From Acaryochloris marina S15 (GTDB lineage: Bacteria > Cyanobacteriota > Cyanobacteriia > Thermosynechococcales > Thermosynechococcaceae), in NCBI RefSeq assembly GCF_018336915.1, contig NZ_CP064923.1, forward strand, positions 180,001 through 212,000: a stretch of 32,000 bases of DNA, in the 5' to 3' direction. This document shows positions 18,739 to 28,273 of this stretch, piece after piece. Position numbers and translations under genes: made by a program. Below the pieces are notes generated by a model, which worked only from the letters and a program-made list of their open reading frames with translations, was not told where the DNA came from and did no database searches. The stretch's first letter is position 1, and every line of letters begins with the position of its first letter.

Positions 18739-21126
18739 TTAAACACCACAATGGGCAATAGTTACACCTTTCCCTCCATCGGCTTGTTCCGCGAATTCGT
18801 AACGAGAAACCAGGGGATGTTGCTTAAGATAAGCTTGCACACCTAGACGAAGTTTGCCGGTCCCATGCCCGTGAATGATCCATAGGGGGCCTTGAGCTTT
18901 TGCGATCGCATCTTCAATCACCACTTCCGCATCGGCCACTCTAGACCCCCTGATATCTAAGGTGTTCTGGGAGGTGCGAACCATGGGGGCAGAATTTTTA
19001 GGTGTATTGTCTTCTTTTTTAGGTGCACTATCAGTTTGCTTGGGTGGTGGCGCGACCTTCTCGCCCGTTAAGGACTCCACCTCAGTGGGCTTGACGGTCA
19101 TTTTCATCATCCCAAACTGGACTATCAGTTCCTGGGTAGGCGTCACCTTAATTACGTCTGCTTTCTGGCCAATACTGGGAATGCGAACCCGATCCCCCAC
19201 CTGGGGGTGAAACCCTTTGGGGGGTGGCGCTTTGGGTTTGGTGCGAGAGGGGAGCCGCTGGTTAGCGATTTTCTCTAGGCGTTGGGTGGCATCCTGGGCA
19301 GCGGGGGCTGATTTGGGCTGTTGTTGGAGGTCGCGAATCACTTGTGCGATCGCTTGCTTAGCTCGCCGAATTTCTTCTTGCACCGCCTGTTCCTGCTGTT
19401 GCCGCAGTTTTTGTTCACGGACTTTCAAGTCAGATGCTTTTTTAGACACTTGTTGATGCAGCTGTTCGGTACTTTGCAATAGCTTGGCAGCCGCTTGAGC
19501 TTTGGTTTCCTGTTGGCGACGTTCGGTTTCTAACCCGGCAATCACCTGATTGACATCATCCGTCTCGCCATCCATCTGGGCTTGGGCTTGAGCAATCACC
19601 TGCTCGTTCAATCCCAATCGTTGGGCAATAATTAAGGCATTCGAGCGCCCCGGAATCCCCCAGAGCAGCCGATAGGTAGGCTGCAAGGTGGCATCATCAA
19701 ATTCTACGGAAGCATTTTCAAACCGGGCATCGGTATATTTGAGCGCTTTGAGTTCACCAAAATGGGTGGTCGCTATGGTGAGCTGAGCATGATCTGCCAA
19801 ATAGCGGAGGAGGGAAATGGCTAGGGCACTCCCTTCTAGTGGATCTGTGCCCGCTCCTACTTCATCTAATAGGACCAAAGATTGATCGCTTAAGGCCGAA
19901 ATAATATCCTGAATTCGGCGAATATGACCGGAGAAGGTGGATAGGCTCTGTTGCAAGGATTGTTCATCCCCAATATCCGCCAAGACCTGATCAAACCAGG
20001 GGAGTTCCACAGGCTCTTGGGCTGGGACAAATAACCCCACCTTGGCCATGATCGTGGCTAACCCTAGAGTCTTTAAAGTGACGGTTTTTCCCCCCGTATT
20101 GGGGCCAGTGATCGCCACGACCTGAATATGGGGTTGAATGGTGACATCAATGGCCACCACCTCTGGCCCTTGTTCATGTTGCTGTTGCCAGATCAACAGG
20201 GGGTGACGCAACCGACGCAGGGTTAAGGTTTCGCTATTATTGCGGTCTACAAACCGAGGTCGATTTGCCCCTAGCCAATAGCTATATCGCGCCCGAGCCG
20301 TGGCTAAATCAACGGCAGTGACAATGAGAATTAGGGTTTCTAGATCGACATGAACCTCTGCAATTTTTGCCGTTAGGGCTTGGCGAATGGCTTCGGCTTC
20401 GACCTGCTCTTGTCGGGTCAGTTGCCGTAGACGATTATTCAACTCCACTGTCGCCCTAGGTTCAATGTAGAGGGTGGCACCACTGGTGGAGGTATCGTGG
20501 ACAATCCCTGGCACGGCATCTTTCTGGGGGGCCTTGACGGGCACCACAAATCGATCGCTGCGTTGGGTAATCAGCCGTTCTTGTAAGGCTGCTCCCTTAC
20601 GCTGCAACAGCCGTTGCAAGATGGTTTGCACCTCATTACGAACTTGATGCTGTCGTTGACGGATGCCCAGCAATTTTTCGCTGGCCCGGTCGGCAACTTC
20701 GCCTTGTTCATCAATACAGTGGCGAATCTCTTGCTCCAGCTCTGGGTAGGTCCGCAGGTCGGCCACCAGCTGATTGAGGCTGGCTAATTCTGGATAACGA
20801 TTAATGATTCGGCGTAAGTTACGGCTACCGAATAGGGTCGTGGCGACTTGCAGGAGTTCTTCACCACTAAGGATGCCTTGGCGTTGCGATCGCGCCAAAG
20901 CTGCGCTGATGTCATAAATCCCTTCAAAGGTCAGGGACGTGAGCAGTTGAGTTTCTAAATCGTAAACTTCTTGGGTTTGCTGCAATAAGGTTTCACTGGT
21001 GCCAACCGTTTCAGGAAGCGCCAACTGGACCGCTGCAGAAACGCCTAACTTGGTTGCCGCAAAGGTGGACAGGTGCTGGCATAAGCGCTCCCACTCCAGC
21101 AGCTCTAGAGTTTTTTCAACAATCAC
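18739..21126 (-). CDS. mutS2: Endonuclease MutS2 (MutS-family ATPase with a C-terminal Smr domain)
   Basis: 795-aa ORF with a GTG start. It has the N-terminus TLELLEWERLC, Walker A GPNTGGKT, Walker B LVLLDEVGAGTDP and the Smr signature LDIRGSRV...IIHGHGTGKLR. Confidence 0.93.
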   Translation of the reverse strand: MIVEKTLELLEWERLCQHLSTFAATKLGVSAAVQLALPETVGTSETLLQQTQEVYDLETQLLTSLTFEGIYDISAALARSQRQGILSGEELLQVATTLFGSRNLRRIINRYPELASLNQLVADLRTYPELEQEIRHCIDEQGEVADRASEKLLGIRQRQHQVRNEVQTILQRLLQRKGAALQERLITQRSDRFVVPVKAPQKDAVPGIVHDTSTSGATLYIEPRATVELNNRLRQLTRQEQVEAEAIRQALTAKIAEVHVDLETLILIVTAVDLATARARYSYWLGANRPRFVDRNNSETLTLRRLRHPLLIWQQQHEQGPEVVAIDVTIQPHIQVVAITGPNTGGKTVTLKTLGLATIMAKVGLFVPAQEPVELPWFDQVLADIGDEQSLQQSLSTFSGHIRRIQDIISALSDQSLVLLDEVGAGTDPLEGSALAISLLRYLADHAQLTIATTHFGELKALKYTDARFENASVEFDDATLQPTYRLLWGIPGRSNALIIAQRLGLNEQVIAQAQAQMDGETDDVNQVIAGLETERRQQETKAQAAAKLLQSTEQLHQQVSKKASDLKVREQKLRQQQEQAVQEEIRRAKQAIAQVIRDLQQQPKSAPAAQDATQRLEKIANQRLPSRTKPKAPPPKGFHPQVGDRVRIPSIGQKADVIKVTPTQELIVQFGMMKMTVKPTEVESLTGEKVAPPPKQTDSAPKKEDNTPKNSAPMVRTSQNTLDIRGSRVADAEVVIEDAIAKAQGPLWIIHGHGTGKLRLGVQAYLKQHPLVSRYEFAEQADGGKGVTIAHCGV
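18902..18909. repeat. HIP1 octamer GCGATCGC
   Basis: Exact match read in the sequence, inside mutS2. Confidence 0.95.
19346..19353. repeat. HIP1 octamer GCGATCGC
   Basis: Exact match read in the sequence, inside mutS2. Confidence 0.95.
20886..20893. repeat. HIP1 octamer GCGATCGC
   Basis: Exact match read in the sequence, inside mutS2. Confidence 0.95.
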
Positions 21127-21420
21127 AATGTTTGAATGCGAACCGGTTATTCTCCACTCCTGTCATCGTAACAAGCAAACTCTCAGGTGAGGAGATGAGC
21201 GAACTGCGGCAAAAGCTGAATGTGCTCTTTACTGAGAGCCAATATTTGCCTAATGCTTACAGGTTTCATCTTCTTGGCAAGATAGCTTGCAACACTTCAA
21301 GCATCATAGTTATGACTCTTTGCTTGGCTGCTTGAGACGGATGCTCTTGGATTAGCCAGATGGTGATTATGTTGACTCGATATTTATATGTCATTGATGT
21401 CACCCTACACCTGGTAGCCA

Positions 21421-23385
21421 TTATCGAACGCCAATCAAAATCATAAATTGATAAGGATCCAACATCAGCTTTTGGGTGGCGGTGATTGTGGTTCCCGACA
21501 CAATATCCGTAAAGGTTTTGCGCATACCTAGTAGCCGTAACCGTCTCCCTACAATGGCCTGCTCATTTTCAGTAAAGTTGCCGAGCACCAACACACTTTG
21601 ATCATCATGATGGCGGAAATAGCCAAACACATGATCATTCCCTGGATCCATCAAAACCGTTTCTGACCCCGTAAACGCCCGGTTTTGCTGACGAATATTA
21701 ATGAGCCGCAGCAGTCCCAAATAGATTTGCCCCCAGACTTCTTCTGAGTTACGGCGCGAGTCAGCCCTTGCCCAATCGAACGCAAGTCGATGGGCCCATC
21801 GACTATCTCCGTCCTTCTCCGGTGACTGACCATAGTCATAGTCGTTGAGGATGCCTAGCTCATCGCCTAAATACAGGAGGGGAATGCCCCCGATGGTTAA
21901 TAAAATGCCGTGCAGCAGCAAAATTCGCCGAATGGCCAGCTCTACTTGGGCTGAATCCTGTTCATAGAGACCTTTCTCTAAACCACAAAGAGAAGCCGTG
22001 GTTCCCGAAATACGGGCGAGTTGGGTGTCTGGATTTTCTTGAAACGGTAGGCCACGGGCAAAACTATTTTCAAATCGATTGGTATAAAACGCCGTCAAGA
22101 ACTGGCGATGGTGCAATGGATTGATATTGAGTTCCCAGGCATCATTGTCCGAAAAGGTCCAGCCGATGTCGTCATGGCACCGAATATAGTTGACCCAAGC
22201 ACAGCCTTCTGGCAAGTCAAACCGCTTCTGCATTGCGTGGCGCAACACTTGGGTATTCCGAGTTGCCAGGGCTTCCCACAACAGGGCCATCAACTGTGGA
22301 TTGTAGGAAAGGGGACATTCCTCTTCACCGATATAGCGTCCAACTTCATCAGGATGGACGATCGCTTCCGATTTGAAGACCATCGCGGGAGCCGCAATTT
22401 GCAACACCGCATTAAAGGCTTGAATCAGGAGATGGGCTTCCGGTAGATTCTCACAAGTACTCCCTAGCCGCTTCCACAAAAATGCTACAGCATCCAGCCG
22501 CAACACTTCGACCCCCACATTGGCTAGGAACAGCATTTCCTCAACCATATGGCTAAACACCGTGGGATTTTCGTAATTCAGATCCCATTGGTAATTACAA
22601 AAGGTCGTCCAAATCCATTTGCGAATTTTGGTGCGGTAGGTAAAACAACCCGGATGCTCATCGGGAAAAACTGAATTAACCGTTTGTTCAAACTCATCGG
22701 GTAGCTCGCGATCGCAATACATCCGGTAGTACTCCTGATGCTCGCGATCGCCTGCCATCGCTTGCTTCGCCCATTGATGCTCATCAGACGTGTGATTAAA
22801 CACGAAGTCTAGGACCAGACTAATGCCATGTTGCCGCAGTTCGGTGGCGAGATTTGCCAGTTCCTCCATGGTGCCTAAAGAAAGATCCACTTCGCGATAA
22901 CTACTCACGGCATAGCCGCCATCGTTGTCGCCCTCTAGGGTTTTGAATAAAGGCATCAGATGCAAGTAGGTGATACCGAGTTCCGTCAGATACGGGATGC
23001 GATCGCGGATGCCACTCAAATCCCCTGCAAATAGATCGACGTAACACATTGCCCCCACCATCCGATGGGACTGATACCAGTGGGGGTCTGCTTCTCGCAT
23101 CACGTCCAAGGCCTTCAGTTCATCGGGCCGTTTTATCCACATTTGGGTTGTGGAGTCTAAAATCTGTTCTAGATGATAGAAAAAGTCATACTGATGGCCA
23201 TATAGCTGGTAAAGCAAGCCAAATAAACGGGGAAAGTGGGTTTTAATGCGCTGAACATAGCTTTGCCAAGCACCTTGATCAATTTGGTCCGCATAGCGAA
23301 CTTCTAAACGAGGCATTAACCGGGACAGGGACTTGATACTGTGTCGTTGCAGGGCTACAGCATCCATGGCTTCTTGCATCGGCAT
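21421..23385 (-). CDS. GH13 amylosucrase-type enzyme (amylosucrase / sucrose hydrolase subfamily)
   Basis: 654-aa ORF. It shows long by-eye identity to Neisseria amylosucrase as I recall it: DFVFNHTSDEHQWA, nucleophile region VLRLDAVAFLWK, acid/base FKSEAIVHP, and YIRCHDDIGW, GDELG, DSRWAHR. Confidence 0.8.
   Translation of the reverse strand: MPMQEAMDAVALQRHSIKSLSRLMPRLEVRYADQIDQGAWQSYVQRIKTHFPRLFGLLYQLYGHQYDFFYHLEQILDSTTQMWIKRPDELKALDVMREADPHWYQSHRMVGAMCYVDLFAGDLSGIRDRIPYLTELGITYLHLMPLFKTLEGDNDGGYAVSSYREVDLSLGTMEELANLATELRQHGISLVLDFVFNHTSDEHQWAKQAMAGDREHQEYYRMYCDRELPDEFEQTVNSVFPDEHPGCFTYRTKIRKWIWTTFCNYQWDLNYENPTVFSHMVEEMLFLANVGVEVLRLDAVAFLWKRLGSTCENLPEAHLLIQAFNAVLQIAAPAMVFKSEAIVHPDEVGRYIGEEECPLSYNPQLMALLWEALATRNTQVLRHAMQKRFDLPEGCAWVNYIRCHDDIGWTFSDNDAWELNINPLHHRQFLTAFYTNRFENSFARGLPFQENPDTQLARISGTTASLCGLEKGLYEQDSAQVELAIRRILLLHGILLTIGGIPLLYLGDELGILNDYDYGQSPEKDGDSRWAHRLAFDWARADSRRNSEEVWGQIYLGLLRLINIRQQNRAFTGSETVLMDPGNDHVFGYFRHHDDQSVLVLGNFTENEQAIVGRRLRLLGMRKTFTDIVSGTTITATQKLMLDPYQFMILIGVR
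22708..22715. repeat. HIP1 octamer GCGATCGC
   Basis: Exact match read in the sequence, inside the amylosucrase-type gene. Confidence 0.95.
22744..22751. repeat. HIP1 octamer GCGATCGC
   Basis: Exact match read in the sequence, inside the amylosucrase-type gene. Confidence 0.95.
22999..23006. repeat. HIP1 octamer GCGATCGC
   Basis: Exact match read in the sequence, inside the amylosucrase-type gene. Confidence 0.95.
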
Positions 23386-23734
23386 TAGTAAAGGAATGAT
23401 ATTGCAATAGTGTATCTGTATCCATGCTTTGGCAGGAGGATGGGCCCAGGCAGTCTATCGGTCTAGCTGACCCCTTTCACATAGTGCCCAAAGATGAATC
23501 ATCAGATAGTGATCTCACGATTTTCGAGGTTATGTTTACACCTATGTCGATGGCAAGAATGCAGCCTGGTGTGCAATCCAAGGGAGAAGGACATTTCCCT
23601 CTTACCATCGACAAGCAGCCCCTATCAAAATCGTCAGCCGGTCTATAATCTCGCCCAGATCAGCAGGAGAAAGCTTGGCCTGAAACGTTGCAAAATAACA
23701 TCTCTCTGCGGGGACTTAACCCCTCAAGAGACCA

Positions 23735-24169
23735 TCAGCTAAAATCGCGAAGCATCTTCTTGATTTCAAGATTATGCATTTCTTCTTGCCCAATTTTAGT
23801 GCGGGTATATTCTTCCAGGTAAATGCTGGCGTTTTCTACAATCTCTAAGAGCTGTTTGTAGAGATTCAAGGCCATTTGCTCATGGTTCAAACTTTCTTGC
23901 AGCAAGTTTCTGACCGCATGCTGATTGGTCTCTTCAATGGGAGCAATCTTCTGGCTCGGATGCCCTTCTAATCCAGTGATGATTTCTCCTGCTTCCTGAG
24001 CATGGATCAGGGATTCGCTAGCTTGTGACTTAAAGAAATCCACAATGGGTAATCGATTCGGCCCCGTTACCATCAACCCATAATGGGTATAGCGCACAAC
24101 CCCTGCCAATTCAAATTCCATAATCCGATTGAGAAGGGCAATAGTCCCTGCGGTATCGAGGTCTCTCAT
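23735..24169 (-). CDS. Ferritin-like four-helix-bundle protein (Dps / bacterioferritin-like)
   Basis: ORF 23735..24181 has a TTG start. I prefer the ATG at 24169-24167 (MRDLDTAG...). Dps-like features are HYGLMVTGPN and AQEAGEIITGLEGHP. Bacterioferritin-like features are the helix-A Glu and the C-terminal EEMH pair. Confidence 0.7.
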   Translation of the reverse strand: MRDLDTAGTIALLNRIMEFELAGVVRYTHYGLMVTGPNRLPIVDFFKSQASESLIHAQEAGEIITGLEGHPSQKIAPIEETNQHAVRNLLQESLNHEQMALNLYKQLLEIVENASIYLEEYTRTKIGQEEMHNLEIKKMLRDFS

Positions 24170-24375
24170 AGGGGCAAGCAATTTAACTCATAATGATGTC
24201 ACTACACCACGCTGAATGCCTTACTGCAGAGACATTGAGGTGAAATAGAAGAAGTCCAAGTGTAACACTTGTTTCTAGGAAGACCCGTTATATGAGTGAA
24301 AAAGCTTTACAGGCAAATTATTGAAAATCACCGGTATGATTGTTGGTCGCCATGAGTAGAGATAATCGCCAAGAA

Positions 24376-25344
24376 CTATCCCATTTGCCGGAGCCATACC
24401 GGAATTTGTTCCGAGAATTGATGGTGGTAATTCTGGGCTTCACTGGCGCTCATGCCTTCATGGCGGGCATCTTCTAGGAGTCTGCTCATGGACCGCATGC
24501 GGTCTTCTACATCGACCCAGGAATCCGGCGACGCTTTCAATAGTGCATTGAGCTGAGAACGAATGCGATCTGCCGCAGGAGTGCCATTGACGGGCGAAGC
24601 AGCTGGAGCCGAAGACGCAGACTGTAGACGCGGTGCAGGCACTTCACAGGCCACAGGCGGGGCATGGGTACTAATCAGGTATTGCTCTAGTCGAGAAGGC
24701 AAGCTGGGAGGAGGGTCTAAGAGCTGGCTTTGAGGGGGGATGTAAGTATGGGTTTCCTCGTCATAGGCCAGGACTTCACCGGTTTCGATGTGATAGATCC
24801 AGCCATAAATCTGCAGTTTGCCTTGCAGCATCCGCGATCGCACAATCGGATACGTCTTCAGATTATCAATCTGTACCAGGACATTTTCGGCGACTAAAAT
24901 TTCAACCCGCTCTTCCCCCGCGGATTCAGGGTAGTTTTCGGTCACGAGTCGCCGGGTGGTTTCGGCATGCTGCAGCCAGTCGTACACCAAGGGCATATCT
25001 GCTTGCAGCTTATTCAGCTTCATCAGCCCTTTCATGGCTCCACAGTGGGAATGGCCGCAGATCACCACTTGATCGATCTCCAGTGCGGCAATGGCATATT
25101 CAATGGTGCCACCTTCGCCTCCATTGGCTGCGCCGTAGGGAGGCACAATATTACCGGCATTACGGATAACAAAAAGCTCGCCCACATCTGTCTGGGTAAT
25201 GAGGTTGGGATCTACCCGTGAATCAGAGCAAGAAATGAATAAGACGCGAGGTTTTTGACCGTGAGAGAGTTCTTCTAAGAGGCCTTGATTCTCAGCAACG
25301 TAGCTTTGCTTAAACTCTTGTAGACCACGAACTAGCTTTTTCAC
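24376..25344 (-). CDS. ccaA: Beta-class carbonic anhydrase, carboxysomal CcaA/IcfA type
   Basis: 322-aa ORF with a GTG start and GAGGAAG upstream. Zn-ligand contexts are FISCSDSRVDP and CGHSHCGAMKGL. There is near-colinear identity to Synechococcus PCC 7942 IcfA as I recall it: MPLVYDWLQHA, VAENVL.QI.NLKTYPIVRSR, QGKLQI.GWIY. Confidence 0.9.
   Translation of the reverse strand: MKKLVRGLQEFKQSYVAENQGLLEELSHGQKPRVLFISCSDSRVDPNLITQTDVGELFVIRNAGNIVPPYGAANGGEGGTIEYAIAALEIDQVVICGHSHCGAMKGLMKLNKLQADMPLVYDWLQHAETTRRLVTENYPESAGEERVEILVAENVLVQIDNLKTYPIVRSRMLQGKLQIYGWIYHIETGEVLAYDEETHTYIPPQSQLLDPPPSLPSRLEQYLISTHAPPVACEVPAPRLQSASSAPAASPVNGTPAADRIRSQLNALLKASPDSWVDVEDRMRSMSRLLEDARHEGMSASEAQNYHHQFSEQIPVWLRQMG
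24834..24841. repeat. HIP1 octamer GCGATCGC
   Basis: Exact match read in the sequence, inside ccaA. Confidence 0.95.
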
Positions 25345-25558
25345 GATTGAACTTCCTCGTCACGACGTTGCGCGAATAATGTCATCGGGCTAAGTCCACG
25401 CAAGTTTTGGAATGGTAATCTTCTCAAGACCTCAGTTTAAACTATATTCAAGCAGTCAAAATATAAAAAAAGTTTATCGTTGCTATCATGCCGTTATGAG
25501 TGGGTTGTTAGGAGTTCCTAGGCTCCCATGACAGGATGATTGAGCAGCAGGACTCAGT

Positions 25559-26434
25559 ATGGAAGATAGACGTCACTCCTATCAATCGTTTGATCCTGAA
25601 TTAATCAGCCCATTTCTGCAGTCCGTCGGTGCTCATCTCACGATCCATACTGTCGAGCTATGCACCACTGGCAGAAGCAATACCCATTACAAATTAACTC
25701 TGAGTGATGACAGTATTTATATCCTCAGACTGTACGCACAAAGCAAGCCTGAGCAAGACACCTATATTTTTAATTTAGTAAAGGATGTGGTCCCTGTTCC
25801 TGAGCTGTTGGCCCAAGGGCCACGATGGGCAATATTATCGTTTTTGCCCGGCAAGCTATTGTCTGATTGCCCAGAAGATGTGGACAAGGCCGCCACTGCG
25901 CTTGCCCATATTGCTGCGATCCAATTCAAAGCTCCTGGCCAGCTACAGACTGATGGTTTGATCACTCCCTTTGGTTTTGGAAGACTCTCAGGCTATATTG
26001 CGCGACAGCTTGATCGTTCTGAGGTTCAGAGCTGGTTGAGTCTCAAGACTCTAAAACAATTGCAACAACTCCAGGGCCAAGATGCCAGCCTCCTCCAAGA
26101 ATTAGACGCAGAAACTTACCTGGTTCATGGAGACTTCAATCCCACCAATATTTTGATCCAGAACGGCCAAGTCAGCGGCATTTTAGACTGGGACTATTGC
26201 CATTCGGGAACGCCCTATATGGATATTGGCAATCTGCTCCGACATACCCCCAGCCACCAATATCAGCAGATTAAGGTCGGGTTGGAACATGGAGGCATGG
26301 CTTTACCAGAAGATTGGCAACAACGGGCGGAGTGGGCTGATCTCGCCAGCCAGCTAGAATTTTTAACCTCTAGTCGATCGGATGTCTTCAAACAACAATG
26401 TGTAAATAGAATCAATCGCTATATTTTGAGGTGA
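25559..26434 (+). CDS. Phosphotransferase-family kinase (APH / choline-kinase-like fold)
   Basis: 291-aa ORF with the catalytic loop LVHGDFNPTNILI and the metal-binding ILDWDY motif. Confidence 0.75.
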   Translation: MEDRRHSYQSFDPELISPFLQSVGAHLTIHTVELCTTGRSNTHYKLTLSDDSIYILRLYAQSKPEQDTYIFNLVKDVVPVPELLAQGPRWAILSFLPGKLLSDCPEDVDKAATALAHIAAIQFKAPGQLQTDGLITPFGFGRLSGYIARQLDRSEVQSWLSLKTLKQLQQLQGQDASLLQELDAETYLVHGDFNPTNILIQNGQVSGILDWDYCHSGTPYMDIGNLLRHTPSHQYQQIKVGLEHGGMALPEDWQQRAEWADLASQLEFLTSSRSDVFKQQCVNRINRYILR

Positions 26435-26473
26435 GCCGGTATAGGGTTCCCATGCCGTATCACCAGGGTGCTG

Positions 26474-28273
26474 CTATGGCATGGGAACCTCAGTTCCCGG
26501 TCTAGCCATGGGTGGGGATTGGGATTTATTGAGTTGACGCAGCCACATCCAACCGATCACGGCTATCACTAATGAGATCCAGCCGGTCATGGGTTGTAGT
26601 AACAGGAAGCCACCCACCGTAAACATAGACCCAAACAGAATTAAGCTTGAGGCCAGCACTCGCAGGGCATCTTTGCCTAAATCCTGTAAAGGAGCTAACC
26701 CTGTTTGAGATTGCTGCCGAGTCCATCCGGGGCCACCGGGGCGAACTTTGGTATAGAACTTGTTTAACGTGGCTTCAGACTCTGGTGGGGTGAGCAACAT
26801 GGCGGCAACCCAAATTACGGTTGTGATTGAGGTGGTCACTAGCAATTTCAAACCAAAATCATCAATTTTTAGAACTGGAAGGGTAGTGGTGAGCAGACCG
26901 ATGATGAATCCACCTAGCATGGAGGCTAATTCAGCTGCTGCATTGATTCGCCACCAATACCATCGCAAAATTAGGACGAGTCCTGGTCCCGTACCGATAG
27001 CAATCACCAGTTTGAAGACATCTACCACACTGTCAGAGTAGAAGGCTGCAATCGCACCAATCACGGTGACTAAGACAGAAGCAACACGTCCTGCTGAGAT
27101 GAGTTCCGCTTGAGATGCCTGGGGATTCATAAACCGCAAATAAAGATCATTGGTTAAGTAAGACGCCCCCCAATTAATCGAGGTAGAGACCGTACTCATA
27201 AATGCAGCGACTAGAGAGGCAAATACTAGCCCCAGCAACCCTTGAGGTAAATAGTCTCTCATCAGCAAGAAATAGCCTAACTCCTGATCTTGGGCATCGG
27301 GATACAGCACCACTGCAGCTAAACCCACCAAAATCCAGGGCCAAGTTCGCACCACATAGTGCATTACGTTGAACAACCAAGCTGATTTTTCGGCTTCTTG
27401 CTCATCTTTGGCTGCGGCTAGCCGTTGGACAAACTCACCGCCTCCGTCACTGCGTCGGAAAGACCACCATTGCAGAAAGATGTAGGCGAAAAAGGCATTA
27501 ATACTAATCCCGGCCGATTCACTCCATTTCAGCCAACCGCCGTCTCCACCGAAGTTCAAGGGCACGAAGGACAGGACATCATGATTCGTGGCTTGCTGAG
27601 CTTGCTCGACCAGTAATTGGATACCCCCAATTTGCCGCACCGCTGCAACAGCAACAATCAAAGCTCCCACTAAGGCTAAGAAAAACTGGAAGAAGTCAGT
27701 GGCGACCACTCCCCATAAACCGGAGAGTCCGGCATAAATTAAGACAAATATACTAACGGCGACGACCGTCCAAAGTTTGAGATTACTGTCTGCCCCAATT
27801 CCCATGTTTTGCCAAACGCCTAGGGCATCCACCATTTTTACCATGGCTAACATGGCATACCCAATGCCAATGCAGTTAATGGGTACTGCAAAAAGAAAGG
27901 CTTTTGTGCCTCGCAGAACTGCTGCGGTGTTACCGCCGTAACGCATTTCCGTTAGCTCTGCGTCAGTAATGACTTCTGAGCGCCGCCATAATCTTGCAAA
28001 AATATAAATCATGACAATATGGGCAAAGCCAAAACTCCACCACAGCCAATTGCCAGCAATGCCCTTAGTTGCGACTAAGCCTGCTACTACTAAAGGGGTA
28101 TCGATTGAAAAGGTTGTTGCAGCCATACTGGTCCCAGCCAGCCACCAGGGTAAAGAACGACCCGATACGAAAAAATCAGTTAGGCTACCGGATGCTTTCC
28201 GAGACAAATAGATGCCAACGAAAAGCGTAAACACCAAGTAGGCCGCGACAATAATCCAATCAAAGAGCTGCAT
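26474..28273 (-). CDS. Sodium:solute symporter (SSS) family transporter
   Basis: 599-aa ORF, polytopic with more than 12 hydrophobic segments. The SSS-type N-terminus is DWIIVAAYLVFTLFVGIYLSRKASGSLTDFFVSGRSLPWWLAGTSMAATTFS. The substrate cannot be inferred. Confidence 0.8.
   Translation of the reverse strand: MQLFDWIIVAAYLVFTLFVGIYLSRKASGSLTDFFVSGRSLPWWLAGTSMAATTFSIDTPLVVAGLVATKGIAGNWLWWSFGFAHIVMIYIFARLWRRSEVITDAELTEMRYGGNTAAVLRGTKAFLFAVPINCIGIGYAMLAMVKMVDALGVWQNMGIGADSNLKLWTVVAVSIFVLIYAGLSGLWGVVATDFFQFFLALVGALIVAVAAVRQIGGIQLLVEQAQQATNHDVLSFVPLNFGGDGGWLKWSESAGISINAFFAYIFLQWWSFRRSDGGGEFVQRLAAAKDEQEAEKSAWLFNVMHYVVRTWPWILVGLAAVVLYPDAQDQELGYFLLMRDYLPQGLLGLVFASLVAAFMSTVSTSINWGASYLTNDLYLRFMNPQASQAELISAGRVASVLVTVIGAIAAFYSDSVVDVFKLVIAIGTGPGLVLILRWYWWRINAAAELASMLGGFIIGLLTTTLPVLKIDDFGLKLLVTTSITTVIWVAAMLLTPPESEATLNKFYTKVRPGGPGWTRQQSQTGLAPLQDLGKDALRVLASSLILFGSMFTVGGFLLLQPMTGWISLVIAVIGWMWLRQLNKSQSPPMARPGTEVPMP

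Noticed and set aside
21054-21335. 93-aa plus-strand ORF (or a 46-aa version from ATG 21195, MSELRQKLNVLF...) in the mutS2 upstream region
   Set aside because: The long version overlaps the mutS2 start. In the short version the GAGGAG element abuts the ATG with essentially no spacing. There are no motifs. It is kept only as a remote small-protein possibility.
23424-23742. 74-aa and 82-aa plus-strand ORFs between the amylosucrase-type and ferritin-like genes
   Set aside because: They overlap each other in different frames and lack Shine-Dalgarno sequences. They have no recognisable motifs and lie opposite to both flanking genes. The region is more likely the amylosucrase promoter and 5' UTR.
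24182-24215. Fur-box-like ATAATGAT just upstream of the ferritin-like start
   Set aside because: It is only a partial hexamer match within AT-rich promoter sequence. There is no 19-bp inverted-repeat structure.
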